From contig CAWCMR010000013.1 of the NCBI GenBank assembly GCA_963796685.1, positions 544,001 to 608,000 on the forward strand: 64,000 nt of DNA. Direction: 5' to 3'. Origin of the DNA: an uncultured delta proteobacterium (lineage in GTDB: Bacteria; Myxococcota_A; Polyangia; Fen-1088). Positions within the stretch are counted from its first letter, which is position 1, and each line of letters begins with the position of its first letter. Of this stretch, positions 27,961 through 39,500 are shown one piece after another. The notes under the pieces were generated by a model, which was not told where the DNA came from, did no database searches, and saw only the letters and a program-made list of their open reading frames with translations. Position numbers and translations under genes: made by a program.

Positions 27961-28736
27961 CAGGCGCCCACAAGCTCGCGCAAGGCCGCGCCGGCATCGG
28001 GTGCCGCCATCAGGGTCTCCCCGACCAGGACGGCGTCGATGCCGGCCGCGCGCAGTCTGCGCACGTCGGCCGCGTTGCGAATGCCCGATTCGGCGACCAC
28101 CAGGCGGTCGGCGGGAATGCGCGGGCGCATGTCCACCGCCAGATCCATATTCAGCTCGAAGGTGCGCAGGTCGCGGTGGTTGACCCCGACGATGCGCGCC
28201 CCCGCGGCCACCGCGCGCTCGACCTCGCCCTGGTCGTGGGTCTCGACCAAGGCTTCCATGCCGAAGTGGTGGACCTCGGCCAGCAGCTCGCGCAGGTCCT
28301 GGTCGCGCAGGGCCGCCACGATGAGCAACACCGCGTCCGCGCCCGCGGCACGCGCCTCGGCCACCTGGTACGGGTCGATGATGAAGTCCTTGCGCAGAAG
28401 GGGCAGCTGGCTGACCGCGCGCGCCTGCCGCAGGTCCGCGAGGCTGCCCCCGAAGAACGGGGTGTCGGTCAGCACGGACGCGGCCGCGGCACCGGCGGCT
28501 TCGTAGACCGGCAGCACCACGGAGACCTCGGCGTCGCGCTGGATGAAGCCCTTCGACGGCGAGCGGCGCTTGAATTCGGCGATGCAGGCCATGCCCTTGG
28601 CAGAGCGAAGCGCCTTCCCGAGGCTGCGCGGCGCGGGGCTGGCGACGGCCTGCTTTTCCAGATCGGCCAAAGGCAGGCGAAAACGGCAATAGCCGACCGT
28701 ACGCTTGGTTTCGTCCAGGATCTCGTCGAGAATCAT
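27960..28736 (-). CDS. trpC: Indole-3-glycerol phosphate synthase
   Basis: Motifs IAEFKRRSPSKG, SVLTD..FF.GS, LRKDFI, GVNHRDL and AESGI. Confidence 0.96.
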   Translation of the reverse strand: MILDEILDETKRTVGYCRFRLPLADLEKQAVASPAPRSLGKALRSAKGMACIAEFKRRSPSKGFIQRDAEVSVVLPVYEAAGAAAASVLTDTPFFGGSLADLRQARAVSQLPLLRKDFIIDPYQVAEARAAGADAVLLIVAALRDQDLRELLAEVHHFGMEALVETHDQGEVERAVAAGARIVGVNHRDLRTFELNMDLAVDMRPRIPADRLVVAESGIRNAADVRRLRAAGIDAVLVGETLMAAPDAGAALRELVGA

Positions 28737-29776
28737 GGCTTGCCCGGCAAGGGGGTGAGCACGCGCAGCCGTTCGAGCACTGCCATGGCCTTGCCGCCGT
28801 CGAGCGCCGCGGCGGCCTGGGCGGCTCCTTCGCGCAGGTTGGCAGCCCCGCCCGTCACCACCAAGCCGGCCGCCGCGGTCATCAATGCGGCAACTCGGCT
28901 GGCCCCACCCTTGCCCTGCAAGGCGGCCAGGAGCATGTCCGCGTTTTGGGCCGGCTCGCCGCCCTTGAGCCCCTCGACGCTCACCTCGACGAGACCGAAA
29001 TCCGCCGGCCTGACCTCGTAGGCGCGCACCTTGCCCTCGTCGAGCTCGGCCACCAAGGTCGGCCCTTTGGGCGAAAATTCGTCCAGGCCACCGCTGCCAT
29101 GAACCACCATGGCCCGTCGCGAGCCGAGTTGTCCGTGGGCGCGCGCCAAGAACTCGCAGCGCTCGGGCGCGAACACGCCGTTGACGTGGTAGCGCGTGGA
29201 GGCCGGATTGGTCATGGGGCCAAGCAGGTTGAAGATGGTGCGAAAGCCGACCTCGCGCCGCGGACCCGCCACGTTCTTGGTGGCCGCGTGGTACACGGGC
29301 GCGAACATGAACCCGACGCCGACCTCGACCAGGCAGCGCCGCACCAGATCCGGTCCGGGCGCGGGGTCGACGCCGAGAGCCTCGAGCACGTCGTGCGAGC
29401 CCGAACGCGAGGACAGCGCCCGGTTGCCGTGCTTGGCGACCTTCACCCCGCAGGCGGCGAGGATCAGGGCCGCCAGGGTCGAGACGTTCACCGAGCCCGA
29501 GCCGTCGCCGCCGGTGCCGCAGTTGTCGAGCAGCACCGGGATGTCGGTTTGCACGCGCACCATGCGCTGGCGCATGGCCTGGGCCGCGCCGACCACCTCG
29601 TCGACCGTCTCGCCCTTCATGCGCAGAGCCGCGAGCAAGGCGCCCACCTGCGCGGGCGTGGCCGCGCCGTCCATGATCTGCCCGACCACGCCCGTCACGT
29701 CGCTGGCCGAGAGGCCCTTGCCAGCGACCAACGTGGCCAAGGCATCGCGAACCGAGAGCCCCCCCTCGCCGCTCAT
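28733..29776 (-). CDS. trpD: Anthranilate phosphoribosyltransferase
   Basis: Motifs CGTGGDG, KHGNR..SS.SGS, RTIFNLLGP..NP and GLDE. Confidence 0.96.
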   Translation of the reverse strand: MSGEGGLSVRDALATLVAGKGLSASDVTGVVGQIMDGAATPAQVGALLAALRMKGETVDEVVGAAQAMRQRMVRVQTDIPVLLDNCGTGGDGSGSVNVSTLAALILAACGVKVAKHGNRALSSRSGSHDVLEALGVDPAPGPDLVRRCLVEVGVGFMFAPVYHAATKNVAGPRREVGFRTIFNLLGPMTNPASTRYHVNGVFAPERCEFLARAHGQLGSRRAMVVHGSGGLDEFSPKGPTLVAELDEGKVRAYEVRPADFGLVEVSVEGLKGGEPAQNADMLLAALQGKGGASRVAALMTAAAGLVVTGGAANLREGAAQAAAALDGGKAMAVLERLRVLTPLPGKP

Positions 29777-30348
29777 CACCGGACCTTCATGGCAATGAAG
29801 TTACGCAGGATGTCCTTGCCCACCGTGGTGAGAAAGGATTCGGGGTGGAACTGCACGCCTTCGACCGGCAGGGTCTTGTGGCGCACACCCATGATTTCCT
29901 CGTCCCAGGTCTTGGCCGTGATCTCGAGGCAGTCGGGCATGCTCTTCCGTTCGATCACCAGCGAGTGGTAGCGCGTGGCCTCGAACGGGTTGGGCAGCCC
30001 GGTGAAGAGGCCATGCTCGTCGTGGAACACGCGCGAGGTCTTGCCGTGTACGACCTGCGCTGCGCGAACGACCTTGCCGCCGAAGGCCTGACCGATGGCC
30101 TGGTGGCCCAGGCACACGCCCAGGATGGGCATCTTGCCCGCCAACTTGGCCAGCACCTCGAGCGAGATTCCGGCTTCGTTTGGCGTACACGGTCCAGGTG
30201 AAATGACGATACGTTCCGGTGACATGCGAGCAACTTCGTCAACCGTTACTTCATCGTTGCGAACGACCTTCACCTGCTGCCCGAGCTCGCCCAGATACTG
30301 GACCAGGTTGTAGGTGAAGGAATCGTAGTTGTCGATGACCAGCAGCAT
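29776..30348 (-). CDS. trpG: Anthranilate synthase component II (glutamine amidotransferase)
   Basis: Motifs [31 protein letters not shown] and QFHPES. Confidence 0.95.
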   Translation of the reverse strand: MLLVIDNYDSFTYNLVQYLGELGQQVKVVRNDEVTVDEVARMSPERIVISPGPCTPNEAGISLEVLAKLAGKMPILGVCLGHQAIGQAFGGKVVRAAQVVHGKTSRVFHDEHGLFTGLPNPFEATRYHSLVIERKSMPDCLEITAKTWDEEIMGVRHKTLPVEGVQFHPESFLTTVGKDILRNFIAMKVR

Positions 30349-30350
30349 GG

Positions 30351-31871
30351 CTACTTCTCCCCGCGTGTGGCCGACTGACGGACCAGCTCGACGGCCCTGA
30401 CCACGGCGCGGGCCTTGTTCACGCATTCCTGGTGCTCGGTCTCGGGCTGACTGTCGGCCACGATGCCGGCGCCGGCCTGGACGTGGATGGTGTCGCCCGC
30501 CGTGACCAAGGTACGAATGGCGATGGCCAGATCCATGTTGCCGGTATACGACAGGTACCCGACCGCCCCGCCGTAGACCCCGCGCCGCGCGGGCTCCAGC
30601 TCTTCGATGATCTCCAGGGCGCGAATCTTGGGCGCGCCCGAGAGCGTGCCGGCCGGGAACGCGGCCTTGACCACGTCCTTGGCCGAAAGGCCCTCGGCCA
30701 GGGTGCCGCTGACGTTGGACACCAGGTGCATGACGTGCGAGTAGCGTTCGACCACCATGGTCTCGTCCAGGCGGACCGAGCCCGGCTCGGACACCCGGCC
30801 CACGTCGTTGCGGCCCAGGTCGATGAGCATCACGTGCTCGGCCCGCTCCTTGGGATCGGCCAGCAGCTCGTGGCCGAGCGCCGCATCTTCCGCAGGCGTG
30901 GCACCTCGCGGTCTGGTCCCCGCCAGGGGCCGGACCTCGACCTTGCGCCCATCCAGGCGAACCAGCACCTCGGGCGAGGCGCCGGTCACCACCGCCTCGG
31001 GGAATTCCAGGTGGAACATGTACGGCGAGGGGTTGGTCACGCGCAGCACGCGGTAGACGTCGAAGGGATCGACCTTGTCGCGGGGAACGTCGAAGCGCTG
31101 CGAATACACCACCTGAAAGGCATCCCCGGCCCGGATGTATTCCTTGATCTTGTCCACCCCGGCCAGGTAGTCGGCCTTGGAGGTGCGCGAGGTCGGCGAC
31201 AGGACGGTTTCGGTCCCGAGGTTGAGGTCGAGTGGCGCCAGGGCCTTGGCCGGCGCGGTCAGGCGGTCGCAGAGCTCGTCCACCTTGGCGCAGGCCTCGT
31301 CGTAGGCCTTGCCCGGATCCTTCCCCGCCACGTCGACCGAGGCCACGACCTTGAGCGTGCCGCGCAGGTTGTCGAACACCACGACGGTGTCGGTCAGGGC
31401 GAAGCACATGTCCGGCAGGCCAAGCTCGTCGGGCGCGCGCTCGGGCAGGCGCTCGAAGTGGCGAACCATGTCGTAGCCCAGGAAGCCCACTGCGCCGCCG
31501 AAGAAGCGCGGCAGGCCGGGCGGCACCGCGGCCGGCAGCGCGGCCAGCGCGCTGGCCACGTAGTCGAGCGGGTTGTCGGCGGTCAGGCATTCGTCCACGC
31601 GAAAGCCCGCGCCGTCGGGCTTCAGCACCTCGACCCGCTTGCCCTTGGCGCGAATCACCGCCCGCGGACGCACGCCGGCGAAGCTGTAGGCAGCCCATTT
31701 TTCGCCGCCGACCACGCTTTCGAGGAGAAACGAATACGGGCCACGGCCCAGCTTGGCGAACACGGACACGGGCGTATCGGCGTCGGCCAACCACTCGCGG
31801 TACACGAAGCAAAGGCGGCCTCGGCGGGCGAGGTCCAAGAACTTGGCTCGGTCGGGAATGAAATTGGCCAT
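30351..31871 (-). CDS. trpE: Anthranilate synthase component I
   Basis: Motifs [38 protein letters not shown] and [10 protein letters not shown]. Confidence 0.96.
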   Translation of the reverse strand: MANFIPDRAKFLDLARRGRLCFVYREWLADADTPVSVFAKLGRGPYSFLLESVVGGEKWAAYSFAGVRPRAVIRAKGKRVEVLKPDGAGFRVDECLTADNPLDYVASALAALPAAVPPGLPRFFGGAVGFLGYDMVRHFERLPERAPDELGLPDMCFALTDTVVVFDNLRGTLKVVASVDVAGKDPGKAYDEACAKVDELCDRLTAPAKALAPLDLNLGTETVLSPTSRTSKADYLAGVDKIKEYIRAGDAFQVVYSQRFDVPRDKVDPFDVYRVLRVTNPSPYMFHLEFPEAVVTGASPEVLVRLDGRKVEVRPLAGTRPRGATPAEDAALGHELLADPKERAEHVMLIDLGRNDVGRVSEPGSVRLDETMVVERYSHVMHLVSNVSGTLAEGLSAKDVVKAAFPAGTLSGAPKIRALEIIEELEPARRGVYGGAVGYLSYTGNMDLAIAIRTLVTAGDTIHVQAGAGIVADSQPETEHQECVNKARAVVRAVELVRQSATRGEK

Positions 31872-32029
31872 GATGACGTCGTGCAGACTAGCGCGCCTCG
31901 CCCTGGCTAGCCAGGGGGTCGATGTCGGTCATCGGGTCGATGGTAGAGTCGACGGCCGGCGGGTCCAAGGTCGCACATGCACCATTGCGTCGACGGCGCC
32001 CTGTTGCATACTCCAGACGGTTGCCGACC

Positions 32030-32935
32030 ATGCGTAAGAAGCACCTCTCCCTGCACGTCTTGCTCCCGCTCGCAGCGCTGGCCCTGGCCGGCTGTCTCGG
32101 GTACCGCACGCCCATGCTCGATCCCAACGCGGGCGAGTCGGCCAACCCCGGCCCGACTGGCGATGCAGGTCCGGACCTTGGAACCGATCTGCCACCTGCC
32201 GATGCCGTGCCGGCCTCCATCTGCCAGGTTGAGAAAAGGTACGTCTTGCTCTTGGACATCGATGGCCGCCTCTACCGCTTCGAGACAGACTCGCTCTCGC
32301 TGTCCCGCCTTGCCACCGTCGGTTGCGGCGACAACACCCTGAATTCGATGACCGCGTCGCCCATCGGGCCGGCCTACATTTCCAGTCAATCCGGCGACCT
32401 GTGCTCGGTCGACACGCGCACCTTTGCGGTGACTCGCACGCCGTTCAGCCCGCTCTTGGTCCTCTCGAGCTCCTACGGCATGGCGCTCTTGCCCGACACG
32501 AGCGCCGCCGGCCAGACCCTTTACATCGCCGTAGCCGGAGGCACCAACGTCAATCACCTGAAGCGCATCGACCTGTCCACGTTCGCGCTCACCGGCATCG
32601 GGGACATCTCGCCCGCAGTGCCCTGGGCCGAGCTCACCGCCGGGCCGAATGGCGAGCTCTATGGCTTTGCCGTGGGCCAGACCGAGTCCCTGCTGCTCAA
32701 CATCGACCCCAAGACGGCGTCCGCCATCGACGTTACGAGGGTTCCGGCCGGCTTTGCCGACGGCGCCGCGTTCGCGCTGGTCTCCTGGCAAGACGCCTTC
32801 TACCTGTTCCTGGGGGACGGTTTTTCGAGCAGCTCGACCGTCTACCGCTACCGCAAGGGCGACGCTCAAGTGACGACCCTCGGCACCGTGGGCGCCAGCA
32901 TCATCGGCGCCGGCGTCGCCTGCGCGTACAACTGA
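32030..32935 (+). CDS. Putative beta-propeller lipoprotein
   Basis: Lipobox LALAGC; repeated beta-blade-like segments (LYRF.., LYIA.., LYGF.., FYLF); C-terminal IIGAGV.C. Confidence 0.7.
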   Translation: MRKKHLSLHVLLPLAALALAGCLGYRTPMLDPNAGESANPGPTGDAGPDLGTDLPPADAVPASICQVEKRYVLLLDIDGRLYRFETDSLSLSRLATVGCGDNTLNSMTASPIGPAYISSQSGDLCSVDTRTFAVTRTPFSPLLVLSSSYGMALLPDTSAAGQTLYIAVAGGTNVNHLKRIDLSTFALTGIGDISPAVPWAELTAGPNGELYGFAVGQTESLLLNIDPKTASAIDVTRVPAGFADGAAFALVSWQDAFYLFLGDGFSSSSTVYRYRKGDAQVTTLGTVGASIIGAGVACAYN

Positions 32936-32956
32936 CCTGCTTGTCCCGTCCCATGC

Positions 32957-34794
32957 CTACGGCACGGCGGGTGCGCTGAGGATGAGGCGCACGAGCTCGT
33001 CGTGGAAGAGCGTGAACGGGACGCGCTTGGGCTCGACCTGCCCCGCGGTCTCCGGGCGGCTCGGGTCGCGTACCAGCATGGGCACGAAGCGATCGTAGCC
33101 ATAGGGGCTGCCGTGGCTGCTACCGGCGCCCTTGACGAGATCCGGATCCACGAAGCATCCCGGCTTGAGCACGATATAGAAATCGCCGCCGCGGTCGTGG
33201 TGCGGGCTCACGGAATGGCACACCAGCGCGGCCAGCAGATCCGTGCACTCGTCGGGGCAGGTGGCGGATTCCTGGAAGGGCGCGACGTCCAGGATGGCAT
33301 GCACGCCCTTGAACCTCTTGCGAAGCTCTGCGTCCAGCCTTCGCGCCAATTGCGCCCGAATGCGGGGATTGCCGAGGGCAAGCGAGCGCGCCGGCTCGGT
33401 GAGATAGATGTAGGGATAGACGACGCCGGCGATGACTTTCTCGATTTGGCTCCGCCCGCGTCTTTCATGGGAACCTTGGCTGCCGCGAGCTCGGCTTCTC
33501 TGCTCATCTCATCGAGGAACACGCGAGCCCCGCCGGCCCGCGAGCCGGTGCACGGCTTGCCGGAATCGAGCGCGCTGTGCACGCTGTCGCCACACCTCGG
33601 GCGCCTTCCGTCGTCCTCGACGGGAACGGCGCCATGGTCCGCCGACAACACGACGGACCAGGCCTGCGGCCCGAAAGCATCCAGCTCTTTGAAGAACCAA
33701 GCCAGGTTGGCATCGAGCCTGCGCAATTCGTCCCACGCCTCCCACGAGTCCGGGCCGAACAGGTGCCCGATGTAGTCGTTGGCCGAAAGCGAAAGCGCGA
33801 TGAACGCCGGCGCTTGCTTGGGATCGTGCTTGAGAAGGTGCAGCGCCATCTCGAGGAGCAACCGATCGCTGCCGGGCAAGGCACGAAACGCCGCGCCCGG
33901 CTTGGGGGCCAGGCTGGCCAGGTGCGCGGACAAGAACCCGGAATAGTCGCTGTCGCCGGGAACGAGGGCGTTTTCGCCCAACCACGCGTGATCGAGCCCC
34001 TGCCAGGCCTGGTCTTCGAGACGCTCGACGCCGTCGCGCTTGTCATCCGGCGCGGCCTCGAGGTAGGTACGCACGAAATCGCCGAGGCCGCTCGCGCGCA
34101 TCGCCGCCTCGTAGCGCCTCGTGGTGACGAAGCTACCGAGCTCGCGCTTGGGTTGGCCCGCGACGCCGGACTTGGCATCGAACCAGATGGCGTAGTCGGC
34201 CATGTCCCCGGCGGCGAATAGCGCCCCGCGATCCTTGAGCGAGAGCGCCGCAAGAAGGCCCTGTCCCTTGGGATAGCGACTGCGGAAGACCTCCGCGACC
34301 AGATCCGCCTTGGCCTCGAGCTTGTCGAGCGAGCTTCCCATGCCGATCCCGGGCGCGCCATCGAGGGTGACGAGACTGCTCGCGTCGCGCGGGTCCGAGA
34401 TGGTGGCCTGTTTCCTCCCGTCGGGGCCGAGCACGTCGTTGGCGATGATCCCGTGCTCGCGCGGCAGCTTGCCCGTGAAGAGCGACGCATGCCCGGGCGC
34501 GGTTTCGGTGATGGCATGGGAATAGGCCATTTCCTGGAAGAGCTTGCCTTCCCGGCGCAGGCGCGCAAAGCCGCCGTCGGCGGGAAGCTTGTCGATGCGC
34601 TCGCGCAACACCCAGGCGGCAAGCTGATCGACGACGATGGCCACCACGATGGGCGCGTGCCCGGCGCGCGGCGCGGCCAGCACCTCGTCGATCGCGTCGC
34701 CCGTGTCGCCCGAGGACGAAGCCGGGGCCGGTTGCGCGAACACCATCGGGGCCACGATCAAGAACCATGACAAGACGCCGTATCGAACCTTCAT
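32957..34794 (-). CDS. Alkaline phosphatase superfamily (PafA-like) enzyme; one base missing near 33446
   Basis: Motifs VVDQL, TETAPGHAS (Thr nucleophile), SLKDRGA, DYIGH.FGP, SADHG and HGSPY.YDR.VP. GGAK joins IEKVIAG after adding one base; length 1838 = 3n+2. Confidence 0.85.
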
Positions 34795-34860
34795 GCCTGC
34801 GCCCATGTAACCCACTTTGCTGACGAAATGGGCAACGAATCGGTATAACCTGTCGTTCCA

Positions 34861-36495
34861 ATGCCGACGATTGGCCCCTACACGCACGGTCCATACTCGC
34901 CACTTGTCGGAGCCCTGCTTCCGGTGGTGGTCGTGGCATTGCTGGTCGCTCGGCGGCTCGTGCACAGGCACGCGCCCCTCGCCTCGCCACTTTGGTACAA
35001 GATCTCGCTGGCCGGGTGCTTGGCGCTGGCGCTCGGCAACTACGCCTCATTCGGGGAATTTCGCTACGACAGCTACATGAACGAGTGGGACGTAACCCAC
35101 TACTACACCGGCGCGAAATATGCGGCGGAGCTCGGTTACGATCACCAATACGAGGCCATCTGGCTCGCGGACCACGACACCGGATTGCGGAGCACGGCAA
35201 CCATGGTGCGCAGCCTGCGCACCTACGAAATGATTCCCACTGCCGCGCTGATGGCGCACGCCGACGAGATACGGGGACGATTCTCGCCCGCGAGATGGCG
35301 AGAGTTTTGCGGCGACATCGCCTGGCTCAAGATGCAACTTCCGGCACCGCGCTGGACGTTGTTGACAGAAGACCACGGGTACAACGCCCCTCCCACGTGG
35401 ACCGCGGCCATCGAGCTCATCGCCAACGGGCTGTCGATCCGATCCCCCGTCGGGCGTTGGCTCATGCTCCTCATCGATCCCGTGCTGCTGCTGCTTGCCC
35501 TGGCGGCCCTGGCATGGGCCTACGGGTTCGAAGCCGCGGCCCTGACGGCCGTGCTGCTGGGCACGCACTACTTCTTCTCTTGGGGACACCTGAAGGGAAC
35601 CGTGGTCCGAACGGATTTCGTTGCGTTCGCCCTGTTCGCCATGTGCCTGTTGAAGAAGGATCGTCCCATTCTTGCCGGCATCTGTGCTGCTGTCGCCGCG
35701 TGCTCGAGGGCATTTCCGGTGTTCTTTCTCCTTGGACCGCTCGTGGTCCTGGTGTCCCGCCTTGCGCGAGATCGCAAGCTCGATCCCGCGCTTGCGCGGT
35801 TCTTTCTCGCGTGCGGCGCCACCGCGGCCGTGGCCGTGTCCTACGCGGCGATTCATTTCCACGGTGCCGGAATCTTCTCGGCTTGGGGCTCGAAGATGGC
35901 CCTGCACGTGACCTCGCACGAAAGCTGGACCGTCGGATTCCGTACCATCTTCAACACCCTCACCGAGCTGAAGCTCCCGAACCATCCCGGGATGGCGGTG
36001 GCCAGGTGGGTCGATACGCGCCTTGCCTCCGACGAAGTCATTCTGCTTTGGACGACGCGCCTTCTGGTTCTGTTCCCCGCGCTCTTCTTCATGCGATTCA
36101 TGACCCCGTCCTCCGCCTACGGCTTTTCCTATGTGGTCATGTTCTTCATGGTCGCACCGGTCCACTACTACGCCATGGTCCTGTGCCTGCCCCTGGTCTA
36201 TTTCGTAGCGGAACCGGTCGGGTGGTCGCGCACGCTCGGCATCGCCTGGCTCTTGCTCACCGGCTCCGCGGGCTATCTGCTTTACTATGGCTGGCGGCCC
36301 TTGGCACCGTTCTGGCTGTTCAAAGGCTACGGGCTGGGCTTCATGAACACCTTCTACATGACCTGCTTCATCACGGTGACAACGCTTCACCTGGTTGCAC
36401 ACGCGTCCCGTGCGGCGCTGATCCAGCAGCGACGCGAACCCAACGGGACACATCGAGCCCTGCCTGTCCCGGCCCCTTCAGCACCGGCCAGTTGA
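34861..36495 (+). CDS. Polytopic membrane protein, GT-C (GT87-like) glycosyltransferase candidate
   Basis: More than 10 hydrophobic segments; early loop WD..HYY.GAKY..ELGY and GYNAPP; R.FP motif. Confidence 0.55.
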   Translation: MPTIGPYTHGPYSPLVGALLPVVVVALLVARRLVHRHAPLASPLWYKISLAGCLALALGNYASFGEFRYDSYMNEWDVTHYYTGAKYAAELGYDHQYEAIWLADHDTGLRSTATMVRSLRTYEMIPTAALMAHADEIRGRFSPARWREFCGDIAWLKMQLPAPRWTLLTEDHGYNAPPTWTAAIELIANGLSIRSPVGRWLMLLIDPVLLLLALAALAWAYGFEAAALTAVLLGTHYFFSWGHLKGTVVRTDFVAFALFAMCLLKKDRPILAGICAAVAACSRAFPVFFLLGPLVVLVSRLARDRKLDPALARFFLACGATAAVAVSYAAIHFHGAGIFSAWGSKMALHVTSHESWTVGFRTIFNTLTELKLPNHPGMAVARWVDTRLASDEVILLWTTRLLVLFPALFFMRFMTPSSAYGFSYVVMFFMVAPVHYYAMVLCLPLVYFVAEPVGWSRTLGIAWLLLTGSAGYLLYYGWRPLAPFWLFKGYGLGFMNTFYMTCFITVTTLHLVAHASRAALIQQRREPNGTHRALPVPAPSAPAS

Positions 36496-36555
36496 GGTGA
36501 AAATCCACCGGTGGCTTGACCATCCATGCCTCCGTGTTCCCGCCAGACCGAAGGC

Positions 36556-39500
36556 CTACTTCGCCGGCACGGCGATCCGGATCTCTCCCTGCTCGACGGG
36601 ATCGACCGTGCGCAACTTGGCGGCCACGCCCTGATAATCGCCGGGTAGCACGCGCGCAATGGGGAGGCGTGTTTGGCGGTGCAAGGAGATGCTGCGCGAG
36701 CCGTCCCGCGCGTCGTTCACCTGCCGCTTCTCGAAGAAGCGCGCGCCGCCCGCGCTCACATCGGTGCCCTGCCCCAGATCGATCACCTTCGCGCCGGCGG
36801 GAAGCTCGATCTCGGCATCGAGGTCGAGAGGGATGTCGTAACCCAGCATGAGCGTGGTCTTGCGCCGAGGTTCCGTGCCGAAACGCCGGCCGGGCTGGGC
36901 CTCGAAGAACTCCGGACGCAAGCGCAACACCCCGTCCTGCCGCGATGCCATGCGCGCCGAGCGAAAGGTGTAGCTGACCCGCGTCCCGGAGCCGCCCTCG
37001 CCCGGCTGGATCGAGAGACTGTCGAGCTGGGCGCCGGGAAATTGGTGGCCGAGCCATTGCTGCTCGAAATCCTGGCGCAGCTTGCTTCGATCCTTGCCTG
37101 CACGATCGAGCAGCTCGTTCCATTCTACCGCCGGCCACCCCGAAAGTTGCTCGGTCACCGCGACCCTGGCGCCGCCGTCCGATTCGAGCCGCGCGCGCAG
37201 GGTCACGCTGCGACTGTCCTTGACCGCGGAGACGACCTTCACCAGGCGCCGTGTCCCGACCACCACGGCCGGCGCGCCGTCGATGCCAGGCAAGAGGTAG
37301 GCAAAGGGTGCCCGGCGAATCTGTGGATCGACGAAACGCTCTCCAGTCGGATCGGAAAAGCGCACGAGCAGCTCGCGAAAGTCGTCCTGCTCCATGGTGG
37401 TCATGGGCGCGCTCGCATCGGCCCTGAGCAGCGACCGGGCCAGGACCAGATCGGCGTGAAGACCAAGGCTGCGCGCCAGCGCCAGCATCAACCAGGCGCG
37501 GTTGCCGCGATGGCGGGCCAGGGTCGTGGTGGCAGACGCGCCGAAATCGTTTTCGGGCTCGATGTTCTCTCGCACCCAGGCCACGAGGGCCTCCGCCAGA
37601 TGACCGCGATCGTGGCCGACCCGCGCCGAGATGGCCGCCGCCACCAGGCGAATCTCGGGCGATCCGCGGGAAAGGTCGATGGCACGACTGGCGACGAAGC
37701 GCGACCAGCCGTCCTTGGGGACGGCGCTGGACACGCGCACCGAGGGAATCCATTCCGTCGCCGGAACCGCCGAGCGTTCGGGGAAGACCTGCGGCTTGCC
37801 GCGCACGAGAAACGAGAGCACGCGCGTTCCGTCGGCCGGCAGGGTCGTGGTGGGAACCGGTGCGTCGGCGCGGCAATCGACATCGAGCGGCATGGTCGCG
37901 GGCGCGACGAACAGGTACTCGCTGCGGTCGAGCGGCGCATCGAAGGACTGAAAGTAGAAGCGCTCGCCCACCAGACCGGGCGCGAAGGCCACGGAGGGCT
38001 CCTTGACCTCCAGGGTTTCCGATTCGACGAAGTCGCCCACTTCGAGCTCGGGCACGGAGACGCTGGACTTGCCGGAAATTTCCTCCGCCTCGCGCGAGCT
38101 GCCGTCGGCCTTGCGCGTGCGCAGGACGAGGACCTCCGCGCCTTCGGGAATGTTCACCTCGCCCACCGACTCGATGGCGTCCTTGCTGAGCACCTGGGTA
38201 ATGGAATGGGTCAGGACCAAGCGGGTGCCATCGGGGTAGACGCGCTCGACCGCGCGATCCAGGACGACGACGGCCGGTGCCTGGTACGTTCTCTTGGACG
38301 CCAGGTAATCGCGAATGACCTGTTCGCCGTCGAGCCGGTAGTCATCGAGTGGCAAGGGAAGCCCGGCCAAGCGAGCCGCTCGGCGCACGTCGCTTCGCCC
38401 GGGGAATCGCTGCAGGGCTTGCGCGAGGGTCGCGTGCGCGAGCTCGCGCTCGCCCGTCGCCGCTTGAACGTCGGCCAGGCGAATCGCGACGTGCGTATCG
38501 CGCGGCGCCCATTGTGCAAGGGCCGTCAATTCGTCGCGCGCCGCCCGAAGGTGCCCCTGGGCGATCAAGGTGTCGGCAATCTCCGAACGCAACCACAGCG
38601 GATCCGCGCTCGTGGGCAGGCTGCGGCGGAGCATGGACATCACCTTGTCCAGGTCGCCGCGCTGCTGGGCAAAGAGGCGTTGATTGCTGTCTTGGGCATC
38701 GCAACGACCCAGCCGCCCCACCAAACGCTCGGCCGCTCGGACATCGTCGCGCGCTTCGGCGCGCTGAGTGGCCTCTTCCAGCATCTCGCATGCGCCCACG
38801 CCACCCTCGACCAGCGCCAGCCCCTTTGCCAACGCGGCGTCGGCGGGCTGCTCGAAACCCTGCCCGCGCAAGGCCGTCGCTGCCGCGAGCTGCGCGGGCC
38901 ACCACATCGGCGCCACGTGCCGAGCGTGCTCGGCCTTGTCGGTGGCCTCGCGCGCCCTGTCGTTCTGCAGGTCCAACTTCGCGAGATCGATCCACACCCG
39001 GGCCATGCCCGGGTCGCTGGCCAGCGCCTGCTGCCACAGGGCACGAGCCCGGTCGCGCATGATGTCCGCGGGTCTGGTCGGATCCATTTCCCCGAGACGC
39101 CCGGCTGCCGCCAGCCCCAGCGCGAAATGCGCCTGGGCCGACAGCCGATCGACGAGGGTGAGCATCAAGTCGACCTGCCCCGTCAGGTTCGCCGCAAGCG
39201 CGGTGGCGAAATCCATCATGGCCGAATCGGTGGTCGAGGGCGGTTCTCGGCCAACGGAGAACGGGCTTTCCGATCCCGCGGGAATGGCCAAGAGCGAGAG
39301 GTCGGCGGTCGAGCCGTAGACACCGATGCGAATCTCGACGGTGTGCTTGCCCGCGGCCAGCTCCATGCGTTCGGCCGACCAGCGCGGCCCGTACACGTCC
39401 GGCGCTCCGCCGTGCTGCCACCAAGGCCCGTTGTCGACACGCAGGCGGGCCGGTCCGCCGTAGTCGAGCACGAGGTCGTACCGCCCGCCCGGAAGCGCAA

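Noticed and set aside
31872-32029. trp attenuator or leader peptide
   Set aside because: No Trp-codon-rich mini-ORF or terminator/antiterminator pair was seen.
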